Shown one piece after another: positions 54,720 to 64,000 of a DNA stretch of 64,000 nt. The position numbers and the translations under genes were made by a program. The notes below the pieces were generated by a model. The model was not told where the DNA came from, did no database searches, and saw only the letters and a list, made by a program, of their open reading frames with translations. How positions within the stretch are numbered: the first letter of the stretch is position 1; the number at the start of each line of letters is the position of its first letter. This stretch comes from an uncultured Gammaproteobacteria bacterium (GTDB taxonomy: Bacteria > Patescibacteriota > Microgenomatia > UBA8517), in assembly GCA_964600575.1 (NCBI GenBank), contig CAZRJH010000001.1:28651-92650 (forward strand). The letters run 5' to 3'.

Positions 54720-55979
54720 ATGGCAAACATTTATTCCAGAATATTTAAAAAGTCTAAGTTCGGATATTTATGGGGGTCACAGATATTGTCTCAAGTAACC
54801 ATAAATATGATGAATTTTCTTTTGTTGGCAAAACTATATACAACCACAGGGTCCTCTATTGCCACCGCGCTTTTATGGGTTTCTTATTCTCTCCCGGCAC
54901 TCTTTTTTGGTCCGATTGGGGCCGCAACGGTAGATGTGGCATCACGCAAAAAAATGCTTATGTATACAAACCTTTTGCAGTCGGCGGCTGTTTTGATGTT
55001 TGTTCTTGTACATTCTCAAAACATTTTTATTCTTTATACACTTGTTCTTTTGTATTCGCTTTTAAATCAGTTTTACGTTCCTGCAGAATCGGCATACCTA
55101 CCCTCGACCGTTAGCAAAGAAGACTTGCCGCACGCAAACAGCCTGTTTTTTATGAGTCAGCAAGGCTCTTTAATTTTGGGATTTGGTACCGCAGGAATAA
55201 TTCAAAAGTTTTTAGGGTTTGATGGAGCAATGATACTTTGCAGCGTTTTTCTTTTTATAGCTTTTATCTGCACAACTTTTTTGCCGGAGGTCAAACCGCA
55301 AACGGAATTGCCGGGTAAAATTGAACACGCACTCAAAAAGTTTTTTGAAAGTATTTTCGAAGGCTACGACTTTATCAAAGAAAATAAAATTGTCTCTTAC
55401 CCTTTAATGCTTCTTTTGGGAATACAATCATGTCTAAGTATAATTGTAGTGAGTCTTCCCGTAATTGCCGTTCAAATTTTGGGTATATCCGTTAACTATT
55501 CCGGTATATCCATTGTTGTCCCTGCAGGTATCGGGGCAATGATAGGGTCTATTGTTATTCCCAGACTTCTGGCAAAAAAATGGAGAAAGATAAAAATTAT
55601 AGAAAATTCACTTCTTTTTATAACTGTTGCATTGTTGTCTATGACAATCGCGGTTCCGTTTTTACCTGTCTCTCTAAGAGTGGTCGTTACTCCGCTTTTA
55701 ATTGTTTTGGTAGGATTCGGGTTTGTGGGTATCAATATTCCCACACTAACCTTTTTACAGTCGGTTACACCTTCCTGGCTTTTGGGTAGAGTAATGGGGA
55801 ATATGTTTTTCTTTTTAACGATAATTTCGCTTTTCCCTGTTCTGTTTTCGGGAACAATTACCGAGATATTCGGAATTAGGACACTTTTGACTATAATCGG
55901 ATTTGGGGCTTTGGCCGTTTACATTTTTTCCAGGAAAAACGGTAGTAAATTTATAAAGGAGGAATTCACAAATGGCTGA
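54720..55979 (+). CDS. MFS transporter inserted between gatA and gatB
   Basis: 419 aa, about 12 TM, MFS-like. Confidence 0.6.
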   Translation: MANIYSRIFKKSKFGYLWGSQILSQVTINMMNFLLLAKLYTTTGSSIATALLWVSYSLPALFFGPIGAATVDVASRKKMLMYTNLLQSAAVLMFVLVHSQNIFILYTLVLLYSLLNQFYVPAESAYLPSTVSKEDLPHANSLFFMSQQGSLILGFGTAGIIQKFLGFDGAMILCSVFLFIAFICTTFLPEVKPQTELPGKIEHALKKFFESIFEGYDFIKENKIVSYPLMLLLGIQSCLSIIVVSLPVIAVQILGISVNYSGISIVVPAGIGAMIGSIVIPRLLAKKWRKIKIIENSLLFITVALLSMTIAVPFLPVSLRVVVTPLLIVLVGFGFVGINIPTLTFLQSVTPSWLLGRVMGNMFFFLTIISLFPVLFSGTITEIFGIRTLLTIIGFGALAVYIFSRKNGSKFIKEEFTNG

Positions 55980-57279
55980 TAAATACATACCAATAATAGG
56001 ATTAGAAATACATATAGAACCAAATACAAAAAGCAAGATGTTTTGTAGGTGCCCTCAGGATCATTTTGGCAAAAAACCAAATACCCAAACCTGCCCGATT
56101 TGTTTGGGTCTTCCCGGGGCGCTTCCTTTTGCTAATAAAGAAGCCGTTTATAAAACAATAAAACTTGGTTTGGCTTTAGGCTCCAAAATAAGTAGCTATT
56201 CTAAGTTTTACCGAAAAAATTATTTTTACCCAGACTTACCTAAAGCGTTTCAGACATCTCAGTTGGATTCCCCGCTATGTATCGGCGGATCTCTTTTTGA
56301 TAAACGAGTAAATCATATTCATTTAGAGGAAGATGCCGGAAAACTTATGCACGAAAATCTCGACGGGAACAAAGTTTCTCTGGTAGATTTTAACCGTGGA
56401 GGATGTGCCTTAATAGAAATTGTTACCGAGCCGGATTTTCATGATTTAGAAAGCGTTACCGAATTTGTAAAAGAAATGCAGTTAATCGCAAGATACCTTG
56501 ATGTTTCTGGTGCTGATATGGAAAAGGGTTCCATGAGATTGGAAGCAAATGTTTCGATGAGCCCGGATGGTAATCTGCCCGATTATAAAGTAGAGCTTAA
56601 AAACATTAACTCCTTTAGATTTTTGGGCAAAGCTATTCAGGCCGAGTTGACCCGACAAGAAAAGGCTCTGTTGGCGGGGGAAAAACTTATACAGGAAACC
56701 AGAGGTTACGACGAAATAAAACAAACAACATTTTCTCAAAGAACAAAAGCGGATGCCCACGATTACCGCTACTTTCCGGAGGCAGACTTGCCGCCTATGA
56801 GATTTACGGATGAAGAAATAGAAGATATCCAAAAAACCGTTCCCGAACTTCCTGCTGGTAAAAGAAAAAGATTTATGGAAAGCTATGGCCTTTCCAAAGA
56901 GTTTGCGGATATTTTGGTCTCCGATAATTCACGGAGTGTTTACTTTGAAGAAGCCGTCAAAGTTGGGGCAAAGGAAAATATCGGTTCCAAAACCATTGCG
57001 GATTTCATGATCAATAAAAAACTTGATGCGGATTTTCCCGAACCCGCTGGGCTAGTCAAAAAAGTCTATGAGTTTAGTAAAGTAGAGTATGCGGATTTGG
57101 ATACAACAGCAGATGCTGTTAAAGCCGTAATTTCCGAAAACGAAAAAGCTGTTAACGACTACAAAAACGGGAACGGAAACGTGATAGGCTTTTTGATTGG
57201 TATGGTACAAAAGAAACTACAAGGTAAGGGAAACATTATACTAGTGAGAGAAAGTTTACTGAAGCAAATTACCACTTAG
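55972..57279 (+). CDS. gatB: Asp/Glu-tRNA amidotransferase subunit B
   Basis: 'IPIIGLEIHIEPNTKSKMFCRCPQ', 'TCPICLGLPGALP'. The truncated C-terminus (435 aa) may fit a short-form GatB. Confidence 0.85.
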   Translation: MADKYIPIIGLEIHIEPNTKSKMFCRCPQDHFGKKPNTQTCPICLGLPGALPFANKEAVYKTIKLGLALGSKISSYSKFYRKNYFYPDLPKAFQTSQLDSPLCIGGSLFDKRVNHIHLEEDAGKLMHENLDGNKVSLVDFNRGGCALIEIVTEPDFHDLESVTEFVKEMQLIARYLDVSGADMEKGSMRLEANVSMSPDGNLPDYKVELKNINSFRFLGKAIQAELTRQEKALLAGEKLIQETRGYDEIKQTTFSQRTKADAHDYRYFPEADLPPMRFTDEEIEDIQKTVPELPAGKRKRFMESYGLSKEFADILVSDNSRSVYFEEAVKVGAKENIGSKTIADFMINKKLDADFPEPAGLVKKVYEFSKVEYADLDTTADAVKAVISENEKAVNDYKNGNGNVIGFLIGMVQKKLQGKGNIILVRESLLKQITT

Positions 57280-58056
57280 ATGTCAGAACCTGCCGGCCCG
57301 CCAAAAGATTACATAGTAGACGCCGCGTTTAGAGCGAATCGTATATTGGGAGGATCAGAAGAAGGTTTAAAGATTTTAAACAGAGGTAAACATGAAGATG
57401 ACGAAGGTGCGATTCTGTTGACAGAAATGGAAAAAGACGCCGAAATCAGGCAAAACTATGATGAGTTGGAAAAAAAAGCTACCACAGATCAGATAACAGA
57501 ACTTCCTAACCAGCTTGCCTTTGATGAAATGATAGACGGTGTTACTAGTTTGTATAATAGGGAACACGCCCAACACGAAGGTGTCTTTGTTGTTTTTGAT
57601 TTGACAGGCCTCAAAATTGCAAACGACAATTATGGTCATATTGCAGGAGACAGATATTTAAGATCTTTTGCTGATGCTTTAAGAAGAAATTCTCGTGCGT
57701 CTGATAGGATTTTTCGGTTGGGTAAAACTGCAGATGAGTTTTTGTTATATCTTCCCGGTAGTATTTCAGAACAAAATTTAAAAATTGTTTTGGATAGAAT
57801 AGAACACAACTTAGAGGTATTCCAAGACATGGCGCAAACCAAAGATCGCGGAATTGAATATGGTGTTAGTTCTGTTGTATCTTTTTTTGGCAGAGGTGCT
57901 ACTCCCCGAGAGGCTTTTTTGGCCGCATCGGAAAAAATGGGAGATGCAAAGGATGTTAAAAAGGCTCGAGCAATTGGCGGTGAAAATGTTAAAGACGGTC
58001 GTGTAATGGGTGTGGGGAGGTTGTATATAAATAGCGCAAAGGATGTTGCGTGGTAG
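57280..58056 (+). CDS. GGDEF-domain protein with degenerate active-site motif (no sensor domain)
   Basis: 'VVFDLTGLKIANDNYGHIAGDRYLR' is a GGDEF core; 'RLGKTADEFLLYLPG' sits where RxGGDEF is expected. Confidence 0.55.
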   Translation: MSEPAGPPKDYIVDAAFRANRILGGSEEGLKILNRGKHEDDEGAILLTEMEKDAEIRQNYDELEKKATTDQITELPNQLAFDEMIDGVTSLYNREHAQHEGVFVVFDLTGLKIANDNYGHIAGDRYLRSFADALRRNSRASDRIFRLGKTADEFLLYLPGSISEQNLKIVLDRIEHNLEVFQDMAQTKDRGIEYGVSSVVSFFGRGATPREAFLAASEKMGDAKDVKKARAIGGENVKDGRVMGVGRLYINSAKDVAW

Positions 58057-58062
58057 AATGCT

Positions 58063-61000
58063 TTGATGTCTAAATTTGTCCATCTACATAGCCATACGGA
58101 ATATTCGCTTCTTGATGGTCTTAGTAACATAAAGAAGTTGATCCGTTATGTCAAAGAACAAGGGATGGATTCGATTGCGATTACGGACCATGGAGTAATG
58201 TACGGCGAAATTGAGTTTTACAAGGAAGCTTTGAAAAATGAAATAAAACCAATACTGGGGATGGAAGGCTATATTGTTCCGGGCGACCTTAAAGAGCGTG
58301 CGGAAAAGGGAAGAGGTAAAAATTATCACTTACTACTTTTAGCAAAAGATTTGGAAGGCTATCAAAATCTAATGAAGTTATCTTCCATCGCCCACTTGGA
58401 CGGTTACTATTACCGGCCTCGTTTTGACAGAGAAACCCTAAAAAAATACTCCAAAGGTTTGATTGCCACCTCCACTTGTCCGCAAGGAGAGGTTGGACAG
58501 GCAATATTAAACAACGATTTTAAGGAAGCCAAAAAGATAACGGAATGGTATGCGGATGTTTTTAAAGATGATTACTACATGGAAATTCAAAGACATGAGT
58601 ACAATAAATGGACAGACAAAGCCGCTACTCCCGAAATAAAAAATACTCTTTTGGAGCTTTTGGATAGTGAAAATAAATGGAATGACGGAATTATTAAATT
58701 AAGTCGCGAATTGGGAATTCCTTTAATAGCTACCAATGATGCCCATTACATTAAACAGGATGATGCTTTTGCGCAGGATGTTTTGGTTTGTATAGCCACA
58801 GGCAAAAATGTTACGGACACAAAAAGACTAAGGTATATCGATGCGCAGACGTTTGATGTTAAACCCGCCGACGATATGGAGACACTTTTTGCCGACCATC
58901 CGGATGCAATCAGTAATACGGTTAAAGTTGCAGAAAAGTGCAATGTAGAAATAGCTCTCGGCAAATGGTTCTTTCCCATCTTTCCGTTAGAAGAAGGGCA
59001 AACTGCAGATAAAGTTTTAAGAGATTTAGCTCACGAAAAATTATTGGAAAAATTCCCCCAGGCAACCGAAGAAATGAAGCAGAGGATAGATTATGAGTTG
59101 GATATTATTTGTACAAAAGGTTACGCACCATACTTTTTAATAGTTAGGGCAATGGTTAACTGGGCTAATGACTCGGGAATCATTACCAACACCAGAGGCT
59201 CCGCAGCGGGAAGTTTTGTTTCGTATTGTTTGGGAATTACCACAGTGGATCCCATAAAATATTATTTACCTTTTGAACGTTTTCTTAATCCTTTCCGACC
59301 TACTCCCCCCGATATCGATTTCGATGTCTCCGATATTAAACGCGACCAAGTTATTAAGTATATGGCCGACACTTACGGACACGATAAAGTTGCGCAAATT
59401 TGTACTTTTGGAAGAATGTTAAGTAGGGCTGCAGTTCGTGACGTTGCCCGCGTTTTGGGTTATGCATATTCTACGGGGGACAGAATTGCAAAAATGATTC
59501 CCCCTCCCAAACAGGGTTTTCCCATCACTATTCCAAAAGCTTTGGCGGAGGTTCCTGACTTAAAAAATGCCTACGAAGAAGATCCCGACACAAAAAAGGT
59601 TATGGATCTGGCAATACAACTAGAAGGAAGTGCCCGCCATATTTCCGTTCATGCGGCAGGAGTTGTGGTTGCCCCTTCCGATATTACGGATTTTACCCCC
59701 GTTCAAAGAGAGCCTTCGGGGGAAAAGATTATCACCCAATACGAAATGCATGCAAGTGAAGATGTGGGTCTAATCAAATTCGATATTCTTGGGATACGCA
59801 ACTTATCTATTTTAGGTAATGCCGTAGAAATTGTGGAAAAAGTCCGCGAAACTAAAGTTGATTTACGAGCTATTCCAATAGACGACAAAAAGACTTTCGA
59901 AATGCTCGCCAGGGGAGAAACAATGGGAGTTTTTCAGATGGCGGGCGGCGGAATGACAAAACATCTTAAAGATCTCAAACCTACCAGGATAGAGGATTTG
60001 ATGGCGATGGTTGCTTTATACCGCCCGGGCCCTATGTCTCAAATCCCAGAATATATTAAAAGAAAGAGGAACCCCGACTTGGTGGAATATTTAGATCCCA
60101 GGATGGAAAAGTTTTTGGGAGCTTCTTATGGGCTTATTGTTTATCAGGACGACCTTTTGTTCTGCGCGCTCGACCTTGCGGGTTATACATGGGAAGAAGC
60201 CGATAAGTTTAGAAAAGCGGTGGGTAAAAAAATCCCTGAAGAAATGGCCGCACAAAAAGACAAATTCACAAAAGGAATAATTGCTAACGGGCAAACGGGA
60301 AAGTTTGCCGAAGAACTCTGGAAACTTTTTGAACCTTTCCAATCCTACGGATTTAACAAGGCTCACGCCGCAAGTTATGGAATGGTTGCTTACCAAACGG
60401 CCTATATGAAAGCCAACTTCCCAGTGGAATATATGACGGCGCTTTTGTCAGCAGAGAGTGATGATAAAGATAAAGTTTCTGCTGCAATCAACGAGTGCCG
60501 AAGAATGGGTGTAAAAGTTTTACCTCCGGATATAAATGAATCCAAAGTCGATTTTACTATTGTCGAAGATCAGGAGTCTTTGGAAGGGCGTGCTATTAGG
60601 TTTGGTTTGTCTGCAATTAAAAATGTCGGCGGAGCCGCAACCGACGCAATTTTGTCTGCAAGAGAAGAAGGTAACTTTATCTCCTTTGGTGACTTTTTGG
60701 CCAGGGTTGACTCCAGAAAAGTAAACAAAAAAGTTTTGGAGAGTTTGATTAAAGTAGGAGCGATGGGTAATTTTGGCGGACGTGCAACCCTTTTGGCGTC
60801 AATCGACAAATTTAGAGAGAAAGCAGGGAAGACTTCCAAAGACGAAAACCAACAGGGTTTGTTTGCCGACCCCGATCTAAAAAAGACTGAGGCTGTTTCG
60901 GTTGTTACTATGGACATAATTGATGAGTTTGGAGAAGAAGAGCTGGCATCTTTAGAACGACAGCTTTTAGGATTTTCTCTTTCGGCAAAACCGATTAGCG

Positions 61001-61551
61001 AGGTTGTCGGCCCTTTGCAGTTCCAATCCACCCACAAAGTATTCGAAATTAGCGGAACAGAAACATATAGCGAGCTTGTTAGGCTTGCGGCAGTGGTAAC
61101 CGAGGTAAGAGTGATTACTACAAAAAAGACGGGTGCCGAAATGGCGTTTGCAAAAGTCGACGACGGAACGGGTGTTATGGAAATAGTAATTTTCCCCAAA
61201 ATATTTAAAACTACTAGAGATTTCTGGGTGGAGGGTTCACCACTTTTGATTGTAGGCAAGGTGGATGTTAGAGACGAGTCACCCAACCTCTTAGTCGAGT
61301 CAATCGAGACCCTAAATAGCCTCAACGAAAAGAAACAAAGGGAAGTTTTTATAAAAATCCCCAAAAGTACGGACACTTCTGCTCTGCAAAGACTTAAAGC
61401 GATTTTTACTGAGAATCTGGGAGATCAGACAGCCTTTTTGCTCTTCGAAGGAGGAAAAAAGGTTAAATTACCTTTCCAGATTTCCTGGAACGAGACCTTG
61501 GCAAAGGGTATAAGCGAGATATTGGAAGCTAAAAAACCTCAAGAGTCTTGA
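58063..61551 (+). CDS. dnaE: DNA polymerase III alpha subunit
   Basis: PHP N-terminus '[14 protein letters not shown]'; 1162 aa, a normal length with no intein. Confidence 0.95.
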   Translation: MMSKFVHLHSHTEYSLLDGLSNIKKLIRYVKEQGMDSIAITDHGVMYGEIEFYKEALKNEIKPILGMEGYIVPGDLKERAEKGRGKNYHLLLLAKDLEGYQNLMKLSSIAHLDGYYYRPRFDRETLKKYSKGLIATSTCPQGEVGQAILNNDFKEAKKITEWYADVFKDDYYMEIQRHEYNKWTDKAATPEIKNTLLELLDSENKWNDGIIKLSRELGIPLIATNDAHYIKQDDAFAQDVLVCIATGKNVTDTKRLRYIDAQTFDVKPADDMETLFADHPDAISNTVKVAEKCNVEIALGKWFFPIFPLEEGQTADKVLRDLAHEKLLEKFPQATEEMKQRIDYELDIICTKGYAPYFLIVRAMVNWANDSGIITNTRGSAAGSFVSYCLGITTVDPIKYYLPFERFLNPFRPTPPDIDFDVSDIKRDQVIKYMADTYGHDKVAQICTFGRMLSRAAVRDVARVLGYAYSTGDRIAKMIPPPKQGFPITIPKALAEVPDLKNAYEEDPDTKKVMDLAIQLEGSARHISVHAAGVVVAPSDITDFTPVQREPSGEKIITQYEMHASEDVGLIKFDILGIRNLSILGNAVEIVEKVRETKVDLRAIPIDDKKTFEMLARGETMGVFQMAGGGMTKHLKDLKPTRIEDLMAMVALYRPGPMSQIPEYIKRKRNPDLVEYLDPRMEKFLGASYGLIVYQDDLLFCALDLAGYTWEEADKFRKAVGKKIPEEMAAQKDKFTKGIIANGQTGKFAEELWKLFEPFQSYGFNKAHAASYGMVAYQTAYMKANFPVEYMTALLSAESDDKDKVSAAINECRRMGVKVLPPDINESKVDFTIVEDQESLEGRAIRFGLSAIKNVGGAATDAILSAREEGNFISFGDFLARVDSRKVNKKVLESLIKVGAMGNFGGRATLLASIDKFREKAGKTSKDENQQGLFADPDLKKTEAVSVVTMDIIDEFGEEELASLERQLLGFSLSAKPISEVVGPLQFQSTHKVFEISGTETYSELVRLAAVVTEVRVITTKKTGAEMAFAKVDDGTGVMEIVIFPKIFKTTRDFWVEGSPLLIVGKVDVRDESPNLLVESIETLNSLNEKKQREVFIKIPKSTDTSALQRLKAIFTENLGDQTAFLLFEGGKKVKLPFQISWNETLAKGISEILEAKKPQES

Positions 61552-61576
61552 GAGAGAGGTAAAATCCGTATATAAT
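61548..61576 (+). promoter_or_regulatory. sigma70-like promoter for rplS (TTGAGA - 17 nt - TATAAT), -35 overlapping the dnaE stop codon
   Basis: 'cTTGAGAgagaggtaaaatccgtaTATAATacgc'. Confidence 0.45.
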
Positions 61577-61606
61577 ACGCACTATGGTGTTAGAAACCAA
61601 TGTAAT

Positions 61607-61960
61607 ATGGCATTAAAAATTACGCTCAAAGAGGTTGAATTTGGAGTTGGCGACAAAATTCGTGTTGTTCAAAGAATCAAAGACGGGGACAAGACCCGTG
61701 AAGCTTCTTTTGAGGGCATGGTTATTGGGATAAAAGGCCGAGAACCCGGAAAAACCTTTACTGTCAGAAAGATCGCAGACGGAAACGTTGGGGTAGAAAG
61801 AATCTTCCCACTACACCTCCCTTCCATTGAGAAGGTTGTGGTGGTTAAAAGGGGAGTAGAGGGAGTTAGGCGTTCCAAGCTGTATTACACCAGAGAAAAA
61901 GCTCCTACAGAGGTAGATATGATCTTCAAAAAAGCAGCCCTTAAGTCTGCAAAGAAATAA
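61607..61960 (+). CDS. rplS: 50S ribosomal protein L19
   Basis: '[63 protein letters not shown]'. Confidence 0.9.
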   Translation: MALKITLKEVEFGVGDKIRVVQRIKDGDKTREASFEGMVIGIKGREPGKTFTVRKIADGNVGVERIFPLHLPSIEKVVVVKRGVEGVRRSKLYYTREKAPTEVDMIFKKAALKSAKK

Positions 61961-61981
61961 TTCCTCTGTTAGTATTTATTT

Positions 61982-62338
61982 GTGAATAAGACTTCCAGAA
62001 GTGTCGGTTTTAGTGCTGAATCTTTGGCCATCGAAATTCTAAAACCCAAAGGTTTTGTTATCTTAGAGAGAAACTTTAAATCTCGCTTTGGCGAAATCGA
62101 CATAATTGCCTCAAAGGAGGGAATTCTTTATTTTATCGAGGTTAAGGCTAGATGGAGTTTGCGATTTGGTATGCCGGAAGAGGCAGTAACTTTGGGGAAA
62201 ATACATAAGATACAAAAAACCGGTCAATACTACGCGCTAACCCGCCCAAACTCTCCTCAAAAACAAAGAATATTAGTGGTATCAATGGTGATGGATGGAG
62301 AAAAAGTTGCAAATTATAAACTGATTGATGTATTCTGA
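61982..62338 (+). CDS. yraN: YraN (UPF0102) family endonuclease
   Basis: 'GEIDIIASKEGILYFIEVKAR'. Confidence 0.8.
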   Translation: MNKTSRSVGFSAESLAIEILKPKGFVILERNFKSRFGEIDIIASKEGILYFIEVKARWSLRFGMPEEAVTLGKIHKIQKTGQYYALTRPNSPQKQRILVVSMVMDGEKVANYKLIDVF

Positions 62339-62382
62339 TATTTACCTGTTGAAATAGATAGTTTAATAGGTGTAATCTTTAA

Positions 62383-62865
62383 ATGAGAATGGATAACGAA
62401 GGAAAAACTTCGAAGAACACAATGAACAAGGTTGGTCTTGTTTTGTTAGTTGGTCTTGCGGCATGGTTACTTCTAGGTAAAAACGGCGCCAAACTTCCGG
62501 AGGCTAATAGCGGCCCCAAAGTCGTACAAAAATCTGCACAACTTTTATCGGAAAAAAGTTCCAAAGATTGGGGTACTGCAGCAAAAACCACAAACGGGGT
62601 CAATTTCGAACTTAATGTTACGGCATTTCTGCCTAGGGTGGCTGGAAATTCGGGTTATTACGTTTTCCTTAAAGGCGACGGAGATGCTTTAAAGGATATG
62701 CTTATCGGAAAAATGACTCTAAACGGCGATGTGTATGGTTTAAACTATCAGTCTGATATGGATTATTTTGGTTACAAAGAAATAATTGTAGTTAAAGAAA
62801 CAGAATCCCAAGCAAAAGCAAATACCATGACACCTATTGTTCTTAACGGTACATTTGCTCAGTAA
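62383..62865 (+). CDS. hypothetical membrane-anchored/secreted protein
   Basis: 160 aa, N-terminal TM 'VGLVLLVGLAAWLLLG'. Confidence 0.4.
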   Translation: MRMDNEGKTSKNTMNKVGLVLLVGLAAWLLLGKNGAKLPEANSGPKVVQKSAQLLSEKSSKDWGTAAKTTNGVNFELNVTAFLPRVAGNSGYYVFLKGDGDALKDMLIGKMTLNGDVYGLNYQSDMDYFGYKEIIVVKETESQAKANTMTPIVLNGTFAQ

Positions 62866-63491
62866 TGTTTACACTTCCGGACCTTCCTTATTCTTACTCT
62901 TCTCTTGAACCTTTCATTGATGAGGAAACAATGCGTATTCATCATGACAAGCATCATGGCACATACGTAAACAATGTCAACGATGCACTCAAGGACGATG
63001 GTGATTTATTGAATATGGACGCACACGAACTATATTTAAATCTTGATAAAGTTCCTGAGAAGGTTCGCGGGAAGGTTAAAAATAATCTAGGAGGGCACAT
63101 TAATCACTCAATGTTTTGGCAGATAATGTGTCCCCCGGAAATGTCTAAAATGCCCGATTTAAAATCGGATTTTATTGCTGCGATGAAGTCAGCTTTTGGT
63201 ACTCAAGAAGATTTTGCGGCAAAGTTTTCCGAATCTTCGCTGTCCAGGTTTGGTAGCGGTTGGGCTTGGCTTGTTGTTGAAAACGAAAAGCTGGATATTG
63301 TTTCTACTGCAAATCAAGATAACCCTATTATGGAAGGTAAAACTCCGATATTGGGCTTAGATGTTTGGGAACACGCATATTATCTTAAATATAAAAATCT
63401 AAGGGCAGATTATGTTAAAGCTTGGTGGAGTGTTGTTAACTGGAATAAAGTAGAAGAAAATTATTTAAAAACGAAAGAAGGTGACAAATGA
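62865..63491 (+). CDS. Fe/Mn superoxide dismutase
   Basis: 'HHDKHHGTYVNNVN', 'HINHSMFWQIM', 'LGLDVWEHAYYLKYKNLRADYV'. Confidence 0.95.
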   Translation: MFTLPDLPYSYSSLEPFIDEETMRIHHDKHHGTYVNNVNDALKDDGDLLNMDAHELYLNLDKVPEKVRGKVKNNLGGHINHSMFWQIMCPPEMSKMPDLKSDFIAAMKSAFGTQEDFAAKFSESSLSRFGSGWAWLVVENEKLDIVSTANQDNPIMEGKTPILGLDVWEHAYYLKYKNLRADYVKAWWSVVNWNKVEENYLKTKEGDK

Positions 63492-63745
63492 TGTACGGAC
63501 AATACTGGAATAACTATTCTGGCAATGTGGGTCTTTTCAACCACGGTCTTTTTGGACTCTTTTTGGTGCCTTTAGTACTATGGAGTCTGGTTTGGAAAGG
63601 TTGGGCGCTTTGGACTGCCGCCAGAAAGGGCGATAAGTGGTGGTATATCGCACTTTTGCTTTTAAATACGGCAGGTATATTAGAAATTATTTATATCTTT
63701 CTGATTTCTAAACAGAATCAAAAAACTTCCTCCAAAAAGAAATAA
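63488..63745 (+). CDS. hypothetical small membrane protein
   Basis: 85 aa, 2 TM, 4-nt overlap with the superoxide dismutase gene. Confidence 0.4.
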   Translation: MMYGQYWNNYSGNVGLFNHGLFGLFLVPLVLWSLVWKGWALWTAARKGDKWWYIALLLLNTAGILEIIYIFLISKQNQKTSSKKK

Positions 63746-63820
63746 AATCCTAAAATCCTCTTGACATTGGTTTATGTCGAACATAAACTCGTATTCTTGT
63801 TCTTTGAATTATTCAAAAAC

Positions 63821-63892
63821 GCGGGTTTAGCTCAGTGGTAGAGCACTTCCTTTGTAAGGGAGTTGTCGGGAGTTCGAATCTCTCAGCCCGCT
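63821..63892 (+). tRNA. tRNA-Thr (anticodon TGT)
   Basis: Cloverleaf: acceptor GCGGGTT/AGCCCGC (one G.U), D arm GCTC-AGTGGTA-GAGC, anticodon stem CTTCC/GGGAG with loop TTTGTAA (TGT), T arm GGGAG-TTCGAAT-CTCTC. Confidence 0.8.
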
Positions 63893-63893
63893 T

Positions 63894-63991
63894 TTGACGA
63901 GCACTTAACGGCAAAGAATGCACCTACGGAATAGGCAACATTAATGTAGTAGCTACAGAAATGACCGAAAGACCAAAGGAGTGCTCGTCAA
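63894..63991. repeat. perfect 12-bp inverted repeat (TTGACGAGCACT ... AGTGCTCGTCAA) bracketing 74 nt, abutting the tRNA-Thr 3' end
   Basis: Read directly; the window ends 9 nt later. Confidence 0.5.
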
Positions 63992-64000
63992 ACATGGCGC

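Noticed and set aside
58063-61551. Checked dnaE for an intein (the classic host), given the Hint domain found in the A2M
   Set aside because: At 1162 aa it is ordinary DnaE length, and no Cys...HN Hint blocks were seen.
1-64000. Scan for CRISPR arrays, rRNA genes, transposases, integrases and toxin-antitoxin pairs
   Set aside because: No regularly spaced direct repeats, no rRNA-like conserved stretches, and no DDE/tyrosine-recombinase motifs were seen in any ORF.

Overview
This 64-kb window is low-GC (about 38-40% by eye), compact, and rich in lineage-specific ORFans; by inference it comes from a CPR/Patescibacteria (Microgenomates-like) genome. I recognise no rRNA, CRISPR array, transposase or integrase. 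Hand-derived coordinates for RNA genes, promoters, hairpins and repeats may be off by 1-2 nt; CDS coordinates follow the supplied ORF track.

The left end carries a division/cell-wall cluster: murG (partial), ftsQ, ftsA, ftsZ, ileS, ftsW/rodA, rplU, rpmA, parB, and lepB on the minus strand, followed by tRNA-Val.

An accessory block follows (10.3-21.5 kb). It holds a 1709-aa alpha-2-macroglobulin with N- and C-terminal membrane anchors and a CTEQ thioester. The central observation is that this protein carries a 129-aa intein-type Hint domain (blocks A, B, F, G; Cys1 ... His-Asn) sitting exactly at the bait-region position, followed by Gln rather than Cys/Ser/Thr. That suggests a domesticated self-cleaving bait or auto-processing module rather than a parasitic intein. 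This is unverified, and I am not aware of a described precedent. The macroglobulin appears co-operonic with a membrane-anchored MEMO1-family protein and a bis-heme ferric-reductase-like membrane protein (H-x13-H / H-x12-H). Converging on that operon are three tandem paralogous small membrane-anchored proteins, each with its own hairpin terminator, and a secreted Kelch-propeller / PT-linker / LCAT-like lipase fusion.

Next is a surface-glycan locus (21.5-31.6 kb): methyltransferase, GT4, GT2, Wzx-like flippase, PseB-like dehydratase, RmlD-like reductase, a GT2/GT-C fusion, a truncated GT2 and an O-antigen-ligase-like protein.

The remainder holds an Ig-like protein, tRNA-Thr(CGT), an FNR-like oxidoreductase, dus, a DUF2130-like protein, and a ~5.5-kb ORFan block ending at tRNA-Gly(CCC). 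After that come a methyltransferase, a LysM protein, a tandem pair of Cys-rich small paralogs, tRNA-Asp with a duplicated 3' end, and a GC-rich (~52%) lipoprotein gene. Two GC-rich small membrane-protein genes (36.2 kb and 46.3 kb) are further compositional outliers. The right end has polX, lemA, an MFS transporter, htpX, gatC, gatA, a second MFS inserted in the gatCAB operon, gatB, a degenerate GGDEF protein, dnaE, rplS, yraN, an Fe/Mn superoxide dismutase and tRNA-Thr(TGT).
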